A DNA stretch of 64,000 nt from Octopus sinensis (Eukaryota): NCBI RefSeq assembly GCF_006345805.1, contig NC_042998.1:93992001-94056000 (forward strand), given 5' to 3'. Shown one piece after another: positions 25,409 to 37,297 of this stretch; positions within the stretch are counted from its first letter, which is position 1, and every line of letters begins with the position of its first letter. Both the position numbers and the translations under genes were made by a program. The notes below the pieces were generated by a model, which saw only the letters and a list, made by a program, of their open reading frames with translations, was not told where the DNA came from and did not search any database.

Positions 25409-27429
25409 TCAGGCTGGACATATACATTGATGAGGTGAATGATGAAACATGGATGATATTGATGAGAGAAAGCAGAAAACGCCCGCCGATTTTCTGTTTC
25501 TCTAAAACATTCTTCTTTTTTTTCCAACAGAAATGACAGTTTTTACAATTATTGGAATTAATAATCCATTACAAATATATACAGTAAATTATTCAATTTA
25601 CACACAATCTATAAGATCAATCCTCCTCATCGGAGCCCCCAAGCAAATGACCCACTGCCTGCAGGAAAGTCTGCATCGGCAGGTCAGGGCCTGGAAAGAG
25701 GAAAGCAAAATCTTCCTTATTACAGGTTACTATGATTTCAAACAGCTGCTTCTGACTCACGACCTCTGCAGCCACCTGCAGCAGCCAGCCTGGACAGTCT
25801 ATACAGACCAAGTCAAATCGTTCTCAGCCTGGAAGACCATCCAAGCACTTCTTGACAGGCCCTCCCCTGAGATAGAAAACGATGGGTTTCATGTCCTCCT
25901 CATGGGGAGGGGCCTCAGCCTGCTCTGTCAGTGGCACAGTTCCCACTGACAGAGCCTCTTGCTCCTGTGACACACCTTCCACCGGAGGAGCATAGAGTTC
26001 GGTCAGTGATATAGCGACATCCGCCAACCATCTCCTGTTTCTCTTCCTTCACTTTTCCCTTTTTACAGTTGTGGGAGTTGGGGCCTCCACCAGCACGCCC
26101 GGGAGGGGGGGCTCCTCCTCTCCCACAACCTGTGCATCTGTTGGTGAGTAACTGTTGTTGCTCACCTTTCTTTTCCTTCTCGTTGAGGCCGATGCCTCAA
26201 CGACTTCCTCCGTTTCTCCTTGCAATGGGAGAGTGGAGGGCACCTTCACCTTTCCCTGCTCTGGGACCTTACCACAGCCCCGGGGGCAGTCCTTCTTAAT
26301 GTGGCCTGACTCCAGGCACGAGTGACACTTGGGTGGGGGGGGACCACCCTCACGTATCACTGGATACCTTGAGCCATCCATTTTCAAAAAGCCAGGGAAA
26401 GTCATTTCACCTGTGGTCACTGGGGTCCATAGGGTCAAAGTCGCCTTTGAACCCTCCCAGTTGACTGCAGGCTTGATCTCTATATTTAAGAGCCTGGGCC
26501 CTCTATCCCCCAGGCCCCGCCTGATGGCATCTGCAATCCATCCCACGTTGGTGCCCGGGGGCAGACCACATACCGAGGCCCTTATCACCTTCTTCTCACG
26601 ATATGTAGGAAGAAACAAAATCTCCTCCCCTTCCAGGGGCTGGCCTGCCACAATGCAAGCCTCCTCAGGGGTGTCAAAAAGCATCCACACCGTGGTGTAT
26701 TTGACACCCCTGGTTACATAATAATTTTTGGCTGGCAAACATTTTGCCAGCTCTTTATGTCGAAGAGGGTGATAGCTCACGTGACCTAGAATAGGTCCAT
26801 AGTACCACCGTCCTTCTCTCAAGGTTTTTAATCCATTGCTTAGGTGGAACAACCTCCCATTCTAAGGCACTTTTTATATTTGCTGTTAAAAATCAGTTCA
26901 AAAGAAGAAATAAAGTCCAAATAAATTAACAAGAAGTTCAAAAAGAAATAAGCAAGTCAATTCAAAAAATGAGTAAAAATAAAATCCAAAAGAAATGCAA
27001 AAACATTTCCAAAAAGAAAGAAAAAAACCCCAGAAGAATAGAGAAAAGAAAAAAACAGTTCACACAGCAAACATCGATGGCCAACAAGTACTCCTGACCA
27101 ACTTCGTAGGTTCAATGGTAATCCAACAAATTTCAATGGCAAAATCCAGTAAGTTCGGGTGAGAATACGCCCCTTTTTTTGCCAATACAACATAACAACA
27201 AACAGCCACCGCTGACAGCAGGCAGAATTGTCACAGAGCTGGGCAAAATTTATCAACAAACAATTACTATTTGACAAATTACACCCAGCTCAAACGAAAA
27301 CAAAACCACCTACCTCGACGGTCTTATGCTGATGTTGTTCTTTTTTCTTTCAGTTCAATATTGGACAGAGCCAACACACTTACATCCACCTCGGTTCTCT
27401 GTAATAAGCAACACCAACGAGTATGTACA
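25409..27429 (-). mobile_element. 2.0-kb ORF1-only retroelement-like insertion
   Basis: Boundaries are defined by the two halves of the interrupted SINE. It contains a GC-rich ORF1 pseudogene and a T-rich leader; no EN/RT sequence, no LTRs and no TSD. Confidence 0.7.
25617..26880 (-). pseudogene. LINE (L1/Tx1-type) ORF1 gag-like nucleic-acid-binding protein, decayed
   Basis: ORFs 26049-26852, 25824-26027 and 25617-25811 lie in one frame separated by two TGA codons (~410 codons). CCHC knuckle CHSCLESGHIKKDC at 26286-26327, preceded by an RRM-like region. A probable frameshift near 26765 extends the N-terminus (WIKNLERRTVVLWTY). Confidence 0.75.
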
Positions 27430-27467
27430 GGTAAGCAAGCTACGTACCACACAGCCACTCCTGCGCC
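27430..27467 (-). mobile_element. Head (first 38 nt) of the split tRNA-SINE
   Basis: Minus GGCGCAGGAGTGGCTGTGTGGTACGTAGCTTGCTTACC, then unrelated sequence. Confidence 0.8.
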
Positions 27468-28334
27468 AGTTAAAAAAGTTTTATAAATTTAGCTTTTATG
27501 TATTGAGTTTCCCCATTTATAAATATTCTGTTTTTATTCAAAACCTTATTTTACTATTTATATATACATATATATTATGTATACAATTAATTTTTCTAAA
27601 ATTTAGTCCTACAACAGCCAGTTTGTGTTACTGAATGGTTTCATATCTAAAAATTTTTTCATAGAATAGAAGAATAAATGTAATACTTCTTAGACATAAT
27701 TAATTGGAAAAGTATACCATGAATAAAGAACCAGAACAAATACTGCAAAGTATTTATTCTGGTGTTGTAATGATTTGACCAATACACAGTCATTTGATAA
27801 TGAGTTGTTCAAGTACTTGAACCTCCCTTCATTAATTATGATCTATGGTCATGCATTGTTTTGATATGAGATGATAGAAGACTTCTTTCTTCTGAAGATG
27901 AGTTAACTTTATCAGCAGTTGTGAACTTCAATTACAATGCAGTGTGCTTCTTAGCCTTCATCTTGGACATGTGACCATTACTCCACTAGGTGCAAGTGAC
28001 CTTCAGAGAGGGCTTCCTTATCTTTGGTTCACTGATCCTCCCACCTGCCATTCACTCCACTCACACATCCAGGCTTCGCCAGCTCAAAACTCTGACAAGC
28101 AGACTGAACCTAATCAACACCCAGTTGGCATTCTTCCAGTTAAGGAACTGCATCACTATGCTGAAGCTTCTATATACCTTTCAGAGTGTCCCTTACTAGA
28201 GCCAGACATCTCTTCTCACAGACCTCAACACCCATATAACTAAATAGTATGGTGGTTTTATGTGCATGGGTTATTTTCTGATCTAATTCTTTGCCTTGGC
28301 TCTTAATTTTTCAATTATTATTAAAGCATTGAAT

Positions 28335-29055
28335 TGAAGGTAGTGAACTGACAGAATTGTTAGCTCACTGGACGAAATGCTTAGCGGTATTTCGTCTGTC
28401 ACTACATTCTGAGTTCAAATTCCACTGAGGTTGACTTTGCCTTTCATCCTTTCGGGGTCAATAAATTAAGTGTCAGTTGAACACTGGGATCGATGTAATT
28501 GACAAATCCTCTCCCCCAAAATAGCTGCCCTTGTTGAAAAATTTGAAACCATTATTAAAGTTTTGAATAAGGTGACAAGCTGGCAGAATTGCTAGAGTGA
28601 TGGACAAAATACTTAGTGACATTTTGTCTGTCTTTACATTCTGAGTTCAAATTCTGCTGAGGTCAGTTTTACCTTTCACCATTTCAAGGTCGATAAATTA
28701 AGTACCCGTCAAGTACTGGGGTTGATTTGATTGACTGTCCCCTTCTCACAAAATTCAGGCCTTTAGTAGAAAGGATCATAAAGCATTATTACCGTTCTGT
28801 GTTCAAACTTCTAATATTAACTTTGTCTTTCATCCCTTCAAGGTCAAAAAGATAAAGTAGTAGGGTTGATGTAACTGATTGCCTTTTGATCAAAATTGCT
28901 GACCTTGTGTCTACATTAGAAGTTATTATATGGTTAATGGAGTGGCAGACACGTTACAGCATTAAATGAAGTGTCTTGTGGTATTTCTTCCAACTCTTCA
29001 TATTCTGACTTCAAATCCCACCAAGTTCAACATTGCATTGAATTCTTTCAGGGTC
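28335..29055 (+). mobile_element. Head-to-tail cluster of ~4 degenerate SINEs (GCTGGCAGAAT..GCCTTTCATCCTTTCGGGGTCGATAAATTAAGTACC family)
   Basis: Repeated TTCTGAGTTCAAAT..GACTTTGCCTTTCATCC..GGTCAATAAATTAAG motif; other copies at 46760-47090, 48115-48310, 58770-59080 and 61262-61470. Confidence 0.65.
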
Positions 29056-29285
29056 AATTTCCTCAAATCTCAAGAACCTTCTTTTGAATTCTTGCAGAAT
29101 ATGAGATGGTACTTTTCTGCAATGTCAACAGTGTGAGTTTCAATTCCAAACTCTTTCAGTCTTTTTGGTAGCATTTTGAGTGTTGTACCAAGTGCACCAA
29201 TTACTGTAGGAATAATTTTTGTCATAGTCTTCTACAGTTTCCTCAGGTCTCTGACTAGATCCTGATATTTCCCAATTTTATTATC
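29055..29285 (-). pseudogene. Restriction-like-endonuclease (RLE) non-LTR retrotransposon C-terminus (R4/Dong-type)
   Basis: KIGKYQDLVRDLRKL*KTMTKIIPTVIGALGT matches the RLE-clade K..KY.DL..EL..LW....V.P.VIGALG motif; abuts an (AAT)/(AAC) array. Confidence 0.75.
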
Positions 29286-29344
29286 ATCATTATTATTATT
29301 GTTGTTGTTGTTGTTGTTGTTATTGTTATTATTATTATTATCAT

Positions 29345-29910
29345 TGACTGAGAGAGCAGTGCATGCCATTAGAGTGACACTGGGGTAAAATATACAAAAT
29401 CCAATATACCCATCATGACTACCCATCTGATAAGGGTACACCAGGCATATGCATCACAACCATATGTGCACGACACAGTGATCTCATATCAAGATTAACG
29501 GTGCATGACATTGCAGGTGGGGCCCAGTTGGAATTTTCTTCAGGTTGAGTACTCCATCCCACTCAAAAGGTCACTGAATAAGGATTGTTTAAAGATGTTG
29601 AATGAAACACCTATGTTTCATTATTATCCAAACTCCTAAGAATTATCCAAACTCCAAAGAATTATCAACACATAACTATGCTGCTCCCCAACTACTCCTG
29701 CTCTTGATCAGAGATACACATATCGTCAGCCTCTAAGGGATATGTTCAACAAGCCTAGGACAAACAACTGACAAGCAAATCTGTGGTATTGAGCAGAATA
29801 TTTGTTATAGCCCACCTTTTATACCAACATAAAACAATGTACATGATAACACTTCCAGTCAGTTAAGATCAGAAGCTATGAGAACTACTGTTTGGCACTG
29901 CATCAAGGCA
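29345..29910. mobile_element. ~560-bp dispersed repeat in (ATT)n, copy 1
   Basis: GAGAGAGCAGTGCATGCCAT..CTGCATCAAGGCA-ATT; direct homolog at 30012-30563. Confidence 0.8.
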
Positions 29911-30011
29911 ATTATTTTTATTACTATTATTATATGAAAACTCACAGCTTATTTTGCTAGGTATGATGGAAAGTGTCAGCTGTCAACAATTATTATTATT
30001 ATTATTATTAT

Positions 30012-30561
30012 TGAGTGAGAGAGCAGTGCATGCCATCAAAGTGACAATGGGGTAAAATATATGAAGCCCTGTATACTCATCATGACGACCTGCCTGATAA
30101 GGGTACACCAGGCACATGCATCACAGCCATATGTGTGCGACATGGTGATCTCATATCAAGATAAACAGCACATGACCTTACAGGTAAGGCCCAGTTAGAA
30201 TTTTCTTCTGGTCGAGTAGCCCATCCCACTCAAAAGGTCCTTGAATAAGGATTAAGGATGTTGCAGGAACCACCCATGTTCCCAAAGGTGAATTATCCAA
30301 ACCTCCAAAAATTCCTTTCAACACATGGCTATGATGCTTCCCCACTACTTCTGCTCATGATCAGAAATGCACATATCGTCAGCCTGTAAGGGACATGCTC
30401 AACTGGTTAAGGTCAAACAACTGACAAGCAAATCTGTGGTATTGAGCAGAATATTTGCTGTAGCCCATTTTTTATACCAAGACAAAACAATGTACATGAT
30501 AATACTTCCAATCAGTTAAGATCAGAAGCCACAAGAGCCACTGTTTGGTACTGCAGCAGGG

Positions 30562-30563
<2 letters not shown>
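30012..30563. mobile_element. ~550-bp dispersed repeat in (ATT)n, copy 2
   Basis: Homologous to 29345-29910 over its full length; (ATT)n on both sides. Confidence 0.8.
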
Positions 30564-30612
<49 letters not shown>

Positions 30613-30654
30613 CATCATCATCATCATCATCATCATTATTGGTTTTTTTTCCTT

Positions 30655-31385
30655 TTTTCTTCAAAGTTTCTTCCATTTCTCACCGAGTGTTTTCCATACA
30701 CCTAGGGCAGAGAAGTTCATTGTATGCATTCCCAGATTACACATGCAAATTCTCAGTTAAGGTGAGACAGTGTCACATGACAACTTGCTGGGGCTGCCTG
30801 CTGGAGCCTAGCAGCAGGTATTTAAAGGGAGAAATTAGACAAGTCAGTCAGTCACCAGCTGACACTCGCTGACGATACATCGAAGAGGCCAGGGAACAGA
30901 AGAAAGAAGAAGAAAGAAGACATGCACCCAACACCAGAGCTGAAGACCCTTCCGAAAGTGGGGGGCATGTCAAAATGGTAGAGGAGTAGGGGCCAAAACC
31001 GGACATGGTTCCTCCTGATGATGTCTTCAGCTAACTGGATCCTATAAAGGAGCTGTTGTGGTAGCAGACCACGAAACATGGTTGTAATTCCTCCTGTATT
31101 TAAAAAAGATTAATAAATAAATAAATTCAGGAATGGATGTTGTTGTCACAGCAATAATGCTCTTCTCAGTACATGAGTCATTCCAGTTAACACACATGTG
31201 TCATTCCAGTTAACACAATTACCAAAAATGGTAAGCCTGGTAACATATTCAAATAGGTTTATCATTCCTAGAGATCCTACAATCACTGGTACTGTAGTTG
31301 CCTTGAGATGCCACATTTTCTCAATTTCTATTAGCAAGTCTTTATATTTACTGATCTTGTCAAATTCTTTCGCTGCTATATTGTA
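30655..31385 (-). mobile_element. 3' end of a second RLE non-LTR element, interrupted by a 380-bp insert
   Basis: EFDKISKYKDLLIEIEKMWHLKATTVPVIVGSLGMI..HVLRRAL at 31150-31385. The presumed 3' UTR continues at 30655-30770. (AAT)n on both sides. Confidence 0.7.
30771..31150 (+). mobile_element. Putative solo LTR
   Basis: TG...CA ends (TGTCACA at both), TATTTAAA at ~30819, AATAAATAAATAAA at ~31111, raised GC. No clear 4-6 bp TSD. Confidence 0.4.
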
Positions 31386-31389
31386 ACTG

Positions 31390-31504
<115 letters not shown>

Positions 31505-32579
31505 TTATCTATTTCAAATCTTTCCATTATTTCTCAAACCATCCTAACAACTATAGCTCTGGTAATCTGGGATTGCTTTTTCAAAGACTAAAAAAACATT
31601 TTGAAACATTGACTCTGTGACAAGCACGAATGTTCTCATCTCATCTCCTGTTAGACATTCTCTGTTAATTAGGTTAATACTGTATTCTGTGTCTAATTGT
31701 CCTTAATTATACAATAATTAACCAAAAGTGTTGGGTGTCCTTTTACATGAGTATCTGTTTTGAATGTATTGCTATGAGAATTACAATACTAAATATAATT
31801 TTTGTTTGCACTAATACTCTCTCTGCTTGTTCTTCTTTGGTTTATCAGGTGTGTTCCCTTGAACGACATTGTCTCCAACTTTATTTCTCCTTCTTTGCTA
31901 TATCTCTCTGTCAAATAACTGCTCCCTCAAGAAGGGGACTGAAAAAAAGTTTAAAGAAAATTAGCTGGATGCACTACCACTGGATTCCACTCAACAAAAC
32001 ATTTTGCCTCTTTTCCAAAGTCATGTGTACTTGTACCAAGCTGACAGAACTGCATCAGTAACCAGGAAACAAAGATCCTTGAGGCAGAGTTTTAGTGTTC
32101 TGGATATATAATTTACATGAGTGAATGAAGAATTTGATGGAAAGACTTCCATGGTGAATTAATGACTAGCAGGTGCAAACAAGTTCTTTGAGGTGAACAT
32201 AACATGAAATAAACTTCAGTTAAAATAACAGAAAAAAGAAAAAAAGAACTGTTCCAAGAAGCTGGCTTCAAAGTTTATTCTGTCATGTACTATTTCTGCT
32301 TTAGTTACAAATCATTTCACACTATTTTCTCCCACTATTTATATTCCAATTCTTTCTTTGATCCTTCCAAACTTGTGTTTTATTTCTTAACCCTCTTGAT
32401 ACCAAGCTGTCTGAGATTTCCCCTGGATCTTCTACAATACAATACAATACAAACGTCCTGCTTTAAAATGATTTAAAGTAAAAACCTTTCATCAAAATTT
32501 CATTTTAAATTATATTCTAGACACCAGCTTGATAATGACAAAGTATTTTCAAAATTAACTGAAATTAAGATAAACAAAA

Positions 32580-33788
32580 TTCTTTTTTTAATTTTAAATA
32601 TACTCTCATTCATTTTCTACAATGCTCTTCCATCTATCTGGTAGACTTGCAAGACTCCTCTTCCAAAATTGACTTGTCCATGATGAAAAATACTTTTCAA
32701 GAATTGTTCTGACCTCATCTACAGAATTCATATTTCTTTTGTCCAAATGATTTCAAAGACTGCAGAATAAATGATAATCAGATGGGACAATGTCTGGCAA
32801 ATATGGTGGGTGGGACATCATTTCTCATTCAAACTGCTCCAGCCTTTGAAATGTCATCCTTGCTGTATGTGGCCAAGCATTATCTTGATGGAAGAACACC
32901 TTTTGTATTGAAACTAACAATGGTCATTTTCCTTCTAACACTGACTTGAGCCACTCAAGCTGCTCACAGTAGATCTCTTTGTTACCATTTGGTTTGGGTT
33001 TAAAAGTTCAAAGAGGACGAAACCTTTCATATCCCACCAAACAGATAACAACACCTTATGTGGTGAAGACCTTCTTTAGCTTGGGGTGCCAGTATTTCTC
33101 CTTTCCCTGCCCACTGTCTTCAGTGTTTGACACTTTTATAGAAAACCCATTTCTCATCACCAGTCGCTATTCGGTCCAAAAAAGATTTATTCATGAGATG
33201 TGATAGCAAAGAAGAGCTCTCTGCACATGATTAGACTTGGAAAGTTTCTGAGGAACCCATTGAGCCAATTTGCTGACTTTTCCAATGGCACACAGGTGTC
33301 AATGAATGGTTGAATAATCAAATCCAAGCTTCTCTGCTAGTTCCTCAACAGTTACAGTGGGATTTTGTTCCACCAGGGTTTGTGGGATGTCTTTGTCAAG
33401 CTCTACAGATCTTCCAGGATGAGGCTCGTCTCCCAGGCTGTTGTTCCGGCCCAGAATTTCTTGAACCACTGTTAACACTGGCTTGCACTTATTGTCCAGT
33501 TTCGTTATACTGCCTTGATATTCCTCGTACTTTCCATTGCATTGTTGCATTTATTGAACTCATAAAGCAAAATATGCCAAATATGCTCCTTTGTCACTTC
33601 CATTATAGCTTTGAAAAAATAACTTAAAATCAAACTGCACTCTTCAAAACTTGCACTAAGAATAAGTACAAGATACACTTACTACCTGCTTTTATAGCAA
33701 GTTGATGCAGGTAGTTTATACCACCCCCTCTGACTTCTAGTTCATGCAATTTCAAAAATCGCATTATTTATGGGATGACCCAATATAC
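32580..33788 (-). mobile_element. Mariner fossil (Mos1/Hsmar-like), heavily mutated
   Basis: MEVTKEHIWHILLYEF..SLGDEPHPGRSVELD..TVEELAEKLG..STIH*HL..IGKVSKLAQWVPQKL (WVPHEL motif); C-terminus LPDRWKSIVEN; end TATTGGGTCATCCCATAA at 33770-33787. Confidence 0.8.
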
Positions 33789-33820
33789 ACACACACACAT
33801 ATAAATATATATATACAGAT

Positions 33821-33916
<96 letters not shown>

Positions 33917-34451
33917 CTATTTCATTTTCCGATTCCTTCTACGTCTCCATTGAACGGTTTTGTCAAGTTATTGTTTCTTCGCCAACAAGACATTCATAAA
34001 GTGAATGAGTTGTTAATTACATTTTATACACTGTTCAATTGTTTAGGTGGTGTCGAATGGATCGGCATGTGTCACCATATAACCTCTGTCAGTCAAACTA
34101 CCAACACATGCGTTCACGTCGTAATACTCTTTCTACAAAACTGAGCTGGGTGTGAATTCTAATTTCATACACTATTGCAGATGTGAGTTTACAGTCTGCC
34201 TTTTTTGGTTTAAACTATCTTCCTGCAGGTTAAAAAACTTTTTTTTTTAGAGTCCTCAACAATATTCGCCACCGAAATTCCATTTTTCAATTTTATGATT
34301 ATACCCAGAGTGCTCTAATCGAATATGAACTGTCTTCCCATTGGCGGACTTTTTGTCTTTTTTTTTTTTTAGAAATAAGCACATTGCCTCTTTCGTTTTA
34401 AAACAATAAAACAATGCTACATTAATACATTGGTCCAACAACCAAAACATC

Positions 34452-34484
34452 ACCCGCGTGTAGAGCGGGTCACCTTAAGCTAGT
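34452..34484 (+). mobile_element. Helitron 3' terminus (5' boundary not resolved)
   Basis: Hairpin ACCCGCGTGTAGAGCGGGT, spacer, then CTAG|T; same as the terminus at 36097-36127. Confidence 0.6.
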
Positions 34485-34489
34485 CAATA

Positions 34490-35252
34490 TCTATAAATCT
34501 GAAATGCAAAAAGTTTGTTTGTCTGGTTTTGGCATTGGAACGTGTTAAAGGGCACTAGATCCCGTCGGATTGACTCCAAAATTTACAGGGACATGCAAAA
34601 GGAGGTGAGAATGTGAGTGGGCTAGGTTAGAAATCCCTATCTTAAAAGGTGTGGTTACTAGGGCAAAAAACGCACACTTTGACAAGTCTCTCATTCTTTT
34701 ATCTGCCTGTCTTCCTCCATGTCTCTCTCTTTCCTCCCTTCCTTTCACTTTCTCTCTATAACGTCGTTTGACAACGTCTACTATCTTACCCCCACCGCAT
34801 TCACATTTTCTACCACATCCTCTCTCTCTCTCTCTCTACTTCTGTCTGCATTCATAGAGAGAATTATTATCGCCACATCCACCACACAATCATGAGAACA
34901 AATATTATGAATCAGATATTTATTGGGTTAATTTATATATATGTGTGTGTGTGTGTGTTCTATATGTAAATATGTATATATAATGTATATATACAAAGTT
35001 TATATATCTATTTGTATATATATATATATATATATGTGTATATATATACATATTGGCCTGCTCGCTTAGCCAGCGGGGTGGTGTCATTCGAAGGCTAAAA
35101 CAATGCGAATGCATTGTGACCAGCGATGTGTAGCAACATCTGATGGTCTGGTCGGTCACGTGATCATGTGATATATACATATAATTTGTATACATTTGTA
35201 TATATAATGCGTACACACATACACACATCTATATATATATAATGTGTATATA

Positions 35253-35294
<42 letters not shown>

Positions 35295-36127
35295 GTGTGC
35301 ATTATGTGGTCAGTTGAACTGAAAATACGTGCACCTATGTTAAAAGTGCTGGAGAGTTTGCATGGCAACTATTTTTTTCCTCAAATGAAAGGCGTGACCT
35401 CTAGGACAAAATTCCTCATCTTATAAAATGTGGCCCGAATGAAATCGGGTTATATTAACCAAAATGTGATAAGGGGTCTAAATGAGGCTGGAAGGAGATT
35501 AAAATTTACAGGAGTGGGTGTTTAGGAATTCTCTGTTACATGAAGCTAAAAAATTTGTGCTAGCCTTTAAATCTTCAATGTGTTGCTGTCCACCATGAAG
35601 AAGTTTTGAATGCTTGCCATGGTGAGTCTACTGTCGTGAGAAAGAATCACTTCAAAACTCGGTGTTTAGGAATTTTCTTTTACATCAAGTTCAAAATTTT
35701 ATGCCAGCCATTAAACTGCCACTACGTTGCTGTCCATCATTAAGAAATGCCAGCTATGGTGACTCTACTATCCTCAGATTCTATCCTTTCAAACTTTGTC
35801 CCTTTTAAATGTTAGTGTTTTGCTGTCTGCCTTGAAGCAGACCTTTCCGTTGTTACTGCCTGATATTTATGATTGATCTTTCAAAATATTTTCTTTCTCA
35901 ACTTACTCAAGATCTTTTGTTGTTTATAAATGGGAGATAGATAGAGAAAGATAGAGAGTAAGAGAAAGCGAGGGAGAGTTCAAGAGAAAGAGTAAGAGAG
36001 TGGGAAAGTGAGAGAGAAAGGACAGAGAAACAAATGGGGAGAATGTGGTGATAAAAAACAGAAAGGAAGCAATAGAAAATAACAACCACACTCTTACCCA
36101 CGCGTAGAGCGGGTCACCTTAAGCTAG
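34490..36127 (+). mobile_element. Non-autonomous Helitron (second family)
   Basis: A|TCTATAAATCTGAAATGCAAAAAGTTTGTTTGTCTG 5' end; 3' CCCACGCGTAGAGCGGGTCACCTTAAGCTAG|T. Confidence 0.55.
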
Positions 36128-36175
36128 TATATATATATATATATATATACACACAGATATATATATATATATATA

Positions 36176-37182
36176 CTAGCATTAAAGACCCGTTGTTGCC
36201 GGGTCATAGTGCTAGTGCATGTATATATGTGTATATATATGTGTACATATTACATGTACAACATCTACACATAACATACAAAATACAAAGTTATATCTTG
36301 ATATCGCTAGTGATAACAATACTCAAAATATATAACAGACTGGAATTGTTAGCCCGTCTCTTGTAATTTCGATCAATTGTATCTTGTCCTCCCTCTTGTA
36401 TAGAAGTGTGGCTACAATCCAGCCTACCTCTACTTCTGGGGTGAGGGGGCATTTTAAATTTTTTTCCAGGACGTCCTACGTCCCAGATATAAAGGTAAAA
36501 ATAGAATATTTCCACTTTGCAAGTTTGAGTCGAGTACTCCCTTGCATGCTCCTTTGACTTGAACCTTGCTTCCGTTGTGGCGAATTTACCACCTCTGATT
36601 AGATATCTTTCATAGTCACACCAAGACACTTTTCGAAGGTGCTTTCCTCCATGTGTTCAAATCTTTTTTCTCTACATTGTATACTTTATAGACAATAGTA
36701 TTTTCTTTAATTTAATTTTTTATTATCCATCTGGACTATTCCACTTCTGCACGCTAATTTTATTTTTAATTTATTCCCATTCATGTGAAACCACTTATTC
36801 AAGTTCAATTCATTGATGCAATTTTATACCAATTGCTATTTTTACTTTTGTTATGTTACGATTATATTATACTTTAGTTTATTTTTAATTATTACTTACT
36901 ACATATAATTCAGCTGTTATTATTATTTTTATTGTTAAAGTGAAAGTATCTGACATAAAATAGAAAAACGTTTTTGTTTCACTTTTAACACGTAATGCTG
37001 AAATAGTGGAGAAGATATGATATTGCTATGGGCTCGCTCTAGGCAAGAAGTTGAACATTTTTTTTTGCCCATGAAACTACATGGACCCTAAGTAAGGCAT
37101 GTGTAAAATTTGAATGAAATTGGTTGTGTAGGTCTCAAGTTTTAGGGAAACACACACACAGACAGACAGACACACATTCTCA

Positions 37183-37190
<8 letters not shown>
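36176..37190 (-). mobile_element. Non-autonomous Helitron (copy 2 of the 14420 family) with ORF1 cargo
   Basis: Minus 3' end GACCCGGCAACAACGGGTCTTTAATGCTAG|T; 5' (TA)n-AAAACTGAGAATGTGTG; colinear with 14420-15590. Confidence 0.8.
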
Positions 37191-37240
<50 letters not shown>

Positions 37241-37245
37241 TATAC

Positions 37246-37297
<52 letters not shown>

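Noticed and set aside
25409-27429. Interpretation as an LTR or DIRS retrotransposon (CCHC gag, TGT..ACA ends)
   Set aside because: The two ends share no direct or long inverted repeat, and there is no PBS/PPT, protease, RT or tyrosine-recombinase sequence.
27271-27486. Plus-strand ORF containing SYADVV and an exon-like segment 27354-27430 with strong splice signals
   Set aside because: The apparent GTAAGC donor is supplied by the antisense SINE head, and the motif match is too short to be meaningful.
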